The translations under genes were made by a program, and so were the position numbers. 64,000 bases of DNA from the human T2T-CHM13v2.0 reference genome, Homo sapiens. Below, piece after piece: positions 59,595 through 64,000 of this stretch (the stretch's first letter is position 1; every line of letters starts with the position of its first letter). The stretch is taken from NCBI RefSeq assembly GCF_009914755.1, contig NC_060926.1, one strand, 5' to 3'. The notes under the pieces are model-generated. The model was given only the letters and a program-made list of their open reading frames with translations. It was not told the origin of the DNA and did no database searches.

Positions 59595-59770
59595 TCTGAG
59601 TTCGATCCCCAGAACCTCCACTTAGTTTCTTTGTTGGAAAATGACTTCCCCTCTTTTGGTTTCAGTTTCTTGCTCTGTGTGGTGTAAACCACAATAGTAG
59701 TTGTTTCACAGTGTTACTGTGAGGACTAAATGTATTAGCACAGATAAGAGCTTAGCATAGTATCGAAGAT
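59595..59770 (+). mobile_element. MIR
   Basis: ctgagttcgatcccca...ttcagtttcttgctctgt...ctgtgaggactaaatg...gcttagcatagt. Confidence 0.7.
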
Positions 59771-60011
59771 AGCATTGGTCAATCTGGTGGAAGTGTTAGG
59801 GTGTGCATGGACTGTGCACACACCTTGTCTGGGGAGCTACAAGCTCAAAAGGCCTCTGTCCCCCTACCTGTCACTAACCTCATGTTCTTCTTATGTCTTA
59901 TCATTGGAAAGAACCTATCAATAAATTTGTTTCACAATAAAGACTAATGGCAAATGACTGGCTCTGTAGTGTAAACTTGTAGCGCTACTAACAGATTAAT
60001 GGGATGTGAGC

Positions 60012-60044
60012 TGTGTGTGTGTGTGTGTGTGTGCATGTGTGTGT
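60012..60044. repeat. (TG)n microsatellite
   Basis: TG run with one interruption. Confidence 0.9.
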
Positions 60045-61159
60045 TTCCTTTTAGAATGGTAGGACTTACCTTCCATCTACTATTCCAATCAAATTCTACC
60101 AGCATCATCTAGTCGCAAGTTTAGTTTTGTCTTTTCCAGTAAAACATATCAATAATGTATGTGCTTACAAACCAAAAGGAAAACAATGTATTCTCATCCC
60201 TAGTTCTTTGTAATCTACAGCAAGAAAAAAAATAACCGCAGAAAAAGAAAGGAAGAGAAATGGTCTTAAGAGATAAAGAAGAGAGTGGCAATTGTTTTAC
60301 CATCCAGACATCTATGTGACTCCATCAATTCAGTTCTCTAAACTTGGTTAATTCAGCATAGATGTGTTGATAGCATGATGTGTGTGGCTCTGTAGTAGGC
60401 TAAGAGGTTGAAGAACAAAATAAGACAGAGTCCTCTCTACAAAGACCTTCAACATTTGCAGACAAGCCACTTAATCCATTGATTCTTGTGTCTGAGGAAG
60501 CTTCTCCTTCTGTGAAGGCAAGAGATAGCTCAGAAATTTGAGTTTAGATTGGGTTTGGAGACAGATCAAATACCTCCCAGACTGACATAAAGGTATCCAT
60601 TTCTAGCTGACCTTTCTTCACTATGTGTTTTTGATTATGTGTTCAAAGAGAGGATGTAACTGTTTTTCACCTGCACGATAAGGCTCTAGGGATTTGCAGT
60701 TATTCTCTTTAAATGCTCTGGTTCTTCATCTCATCTTCCACATGCCACCTGAATGTTGCTCTGTTCACCTCTTCTCAGTTTTTGAAATATTTCTCCCTAG
60801 ACTGGCAGTGTGGATGGCTGAAGGAAAGGGTGACAATTCAAATCTTAGGTGATTCTGGTGCTGGGTGTAAAATTCCTGTTGCTGCTCCTAGGTCTGGAAA
60901 AATTGAGTACCAAGCCAACTGAGTTTTCTCTAATACTATGTTTACAAAAATCAAGAGCTGATTCCTAAACAGGTTGACCTTGGAGCAATACTAGTATTTT
61001 TTGGGCAAAAAGGAAATAGCACTGGTTGCTTTGAGTATGTGCTTTGTGGGGTGTGATGAGGGATGCAGTTAACTCCTGGAGAAGGATTAAGCTGAAGCAT
61101 ACTCCCCATTACCCTGCTTCACTCCAGTCTTCTTGGCCTCATTATTGCTCAATTTGATG

Positions 61160-61340
61160 CCTTCATTTATTCATCAATTCATTTAATAAATGTTGGGGAG
61201 TGAGTCACATACACAAATTAGTGCAATGCAATGAGATAAGCACAGTAAGAACACTGTGAACAAAAGGCAGTTGAGATACAAAGAAAAAATTGTAATAACT
61301 GAGGGAATCAGGGAACACTTCACTGAGGAAGAATTTTAAG
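61160..61340 (-). mobile_element. L2 3' fragment
   Basis: ttcatttattcatcaattcatttaataaatg...gggaatcagggaacacttcactgagga. Confidence 0.55.
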
Positions 61341-61682
61341 GAAAATTAGAAATGCTACAGTGATGTTGGATTTAATCTGGACACTCTGCTATAAGAAGCA
61401 GCAGCATCAAACAGTATCAGGGAAAGCAAGAAAGGCCCTCTCAGGTTGTATGGTTTATTCAGCAACAAAAGATGCCTACCTCTATAAGCAAGGAAGACAA
61501 TAGCACTTGCTTATAGATAAGAGAGTCAGTTGTGGGGCCACAGCCCTGCAGTTTCCTGGGATTATTGGAAAAGAACGTGAGAGGTTGCAGAGTAGGATGG
61601 TGTGAAAGACAGGACGTTTGGGAACAGATACTGTGAACCTTTGTGTAACCATAACACGGTGCTTTCTGATGGGATCTGCCAA

Positions 61683-61780
61683 TTTTTTAGAGATGAGGAG
61701 GCAGAGGCCAGGGAAGCTTAAATGATCTGCCCATGGTCTGGGAGTCAGTGGCAGAACTAGAATTTTCAGCCTCCGAGTTC
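61683..61780 (-). mobile_element. MIR fragment
   Basis: ttttagagatgaggaggcagaggccagggaagcttaaatgatctgcccatggtc...agtggcagaactagaatt. Confidence 0.7.
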
Positions 61781-63122
61781 ATTTTTTGGTTTTTCTTTTG
61801 TTTGGAGTCCCATAATAAATTTTTTTTGTCTCTGCACTGCCAACAGAATTGTGATTTCTACCACTGTCCTTTTATTGGATACTTTCAGATCCAATCTGCT
61901 GTTTAGTTATTTTTTTCTTCTTTTGTAAATAAGATTTTTTTTCTTACACCAAAGCATGTTATTTTGGAGAACATTTGCACTAAGACTGTAGGAGATGGTG
62001 AATTCTTGGTGTTGATATTTTAGCATCATTCTTGCATTCTGCTTTTCATTTATGAAGCAATCTCAATGAACAAAGGAAGAAGATTCCTCTGGGAAATAAA
62101 TTTTTGTCAAGAAAATGCAATATAACTTTATATTACCTAGCTGAGCATGTGTAGTACTTAAGCAAGACTCCATTTGGTTTCTCACTTTTAATGTATAATT
62201 AAGTTTGAATTAACGTTTAATTCTCTTCTCTATCACATATTTGTTAGGAGCAAAATAGGTCCCACAGCTTTCCTTCTTCCACAAATCAACACTTTATAAA
62301 CCAACGATTTTCCTTTCCTTATGAATTCTATGAAACTCTGTACCCCTTTAGTGATACATTTCTTCAATTTTTCCAGAACAAGCATACATTGGAAGACTTT
62401 CTAAGACCTTTTGCTCAAGGGCAAACCTTATTCTCAGATTGGATCAAGTTGAGAAGCCCATGAAGTATTGTCACCAAGCATACAGGAGGAAAAAACAGGT
62501 AAAACAAAAGGAGGATCATGTTCTTCCTGCCTCCAGTGGTTTGCCCCTGGGATATGCTGTATAAGCTTGTTCATTTGCTCAGAAAATCAGCCCATAGAGC
62601 TATCAATAGGAGCAGGTCACATGCGGGGATGGAAACATCTGCTCATGCGTCTCTGGCCACGTGCCTTTCCTGTGATTGAAATTTCTCATTTCAGGAGTTG
62701 GCAAATAACAGCTGCACAAAACATAGCACACATTAAGGCTAAGCTGGAATGCCTCAGACCAAAAACAAAGGCAAATGTATGGGTTTTATATTATTAAAAT
62801 CTCCTAATATGGATTTATTTATTTCCTTCTAACTAAACTCAAATTTTTGGAGAAACATGTAAATACTGGTGAAGATATCAGAGGAAAATCATATTGAAAT
62901 GATTTAAGTAGAACATAAGCAAATGAGCAACATAAAATTTTTGGACAAGCCACCATTCTAGAGATAAAAGTGTTTCTTACAGAGGTAATGAAAGCCCTAA
63001 GGTTCTTACACATGGGTGTATCCAGAGGCTACCCTGACATCTTGAGAGGTGAGAAATTTGGTCAATTCCAGAGATAGATCAGTTAATTTATTAATCTGAA
63101 TACATCTACCTATATGTACATA

Positions 63123-63509
63123 CAGTTCACCCTTGAACAACATAGATTTGAACTGGGCAGGCCCACTTATATGTGGATTTTCTTCTATGCCATCCTGAGA
63201 CAACAAGAACAACGCCTCCTCTTTTCCCTCTTCCTCAATCTACATGAAGAGGACGAGGATGACCCACTTCCACTTAATGAATAATAAATTTATTTTCTCT
63301 CTTATGTATGGTTTTCTGGATAGATTTTCTTTTCTCTATTTTATTGTAAGAATAAAGTATGTAATAGGTATAACATACAAAATATGTGTTAATGAACCAT
63401 TTATATTATTGGTAAGGCTTCTGATTGGCAGTAAGCTATTAGTAGTTAACATTTTTGATTATGCAGGGGGTCAGTTCCCCTAACCCGCACATTGTTCAAG
63501 GGTCAAATC
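63123..63509 (+). mobile_element. Tigger2a (MER28)-like DNA transposon
   Basis: TIRs cagttcacccttgaacaa / ttgttcaagggtcaa with TA flanks; internal ccacttccacttaatgaat. Confidence 0.88.
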
Positions 63510-63599
63510 TATAGGATAACTTTATATATATGTTTATTTTCCACGTAAATCGAGTATGATTTTCCTCTGATATCATTAAGCCCAAGAGGAAGTGCATAG

Positions 63600-63775
63600 A
63601 GTTGTTGATTTTGACTTACTATGAGCTTACAGACATCAGTCCTCTGAGCTTTAGGCTCCTTACCTGTGAAATGGTGGTAACAGTATCTCCCTCTCCCACA
63701 TCACAGAGTTATTATACAGATCAGTTGGGATTATAGGTGTTAAATCACAAATGCAATATACTGCACTATAAGATG
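63600..63775 (+). mobile_element. MIR
   Basis: cctctgagctttaggctccttacctgtgaaatggtggtaacagtatct...tcacagagttatt. Confidence 0.7.
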
Positions 63776-64000
63776 TCAGTTAGCAGTTAGAGTGGAGAAT
63801 AAGCAGTGTCTGTCTTAGAAAGGGATCACAGAATCTATGCCATTTAACATCTGAGTAGACGTATAGAGCTATGGAATGGAAGGCTAGTTTGAAGTTTGCT
63901 AGACCAAATGTTAGGTAGATGCCATTTTCCCGAGATTGGGAATTGAAGAGGAATATAAATTTTGAACCAAGTTAATACTTGCTTATTGGCTATGCTGAGA

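Noticed and set aside
62468-62797. 109-aa ORF in unique sequence
   Set aside because: TTG start, no motifs and no supporting splice structure

Overview
This is AT-rich, CpG-depleted primate (human-like) nuclear DNA, intergenic or deep-intronic. I found no intact protein-coding gene, RNA gene, CpG island or CRISPR array. Roughly half the window is recognisable interspersed repeat. The LTR elements are a full THE1C MaLR provirus (13.6-20.5 kb) split by a 4.6-kb L1PA7-type LINE, two oppositely oriented solo ERV9/LTR12 LTRs, a 3' HERV-L remnant (RNase H-integrase-dUTPase plus MLT2A LTR), and solo THE1D, MST, LOR1 and MLT2 LTRs. The rest are a twin-primed 5'-inverted L1PB, about 12 Alu/FLAM/FRAM copies, old L1M/L2/MIR fragments and MER33/Tigger DNA transposons. 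Every protein-like ORF in the track is a decayed L1 or ERV fragment. Subfamily names come from recalled consensus sequences, not database searches. I cannot support a novel gene system here. The most unusual signal is that locally templated copies and fold-back (snap-back) junctions recur inside (AT)n microsatellites (38.5, 42.4, 45.4 and 59.4 kb). Also notable are a candidate LTR12-initiated spliced transcript and a hairpin insertion that disrupts the DUX4-like motif of the MLT2A LTR.
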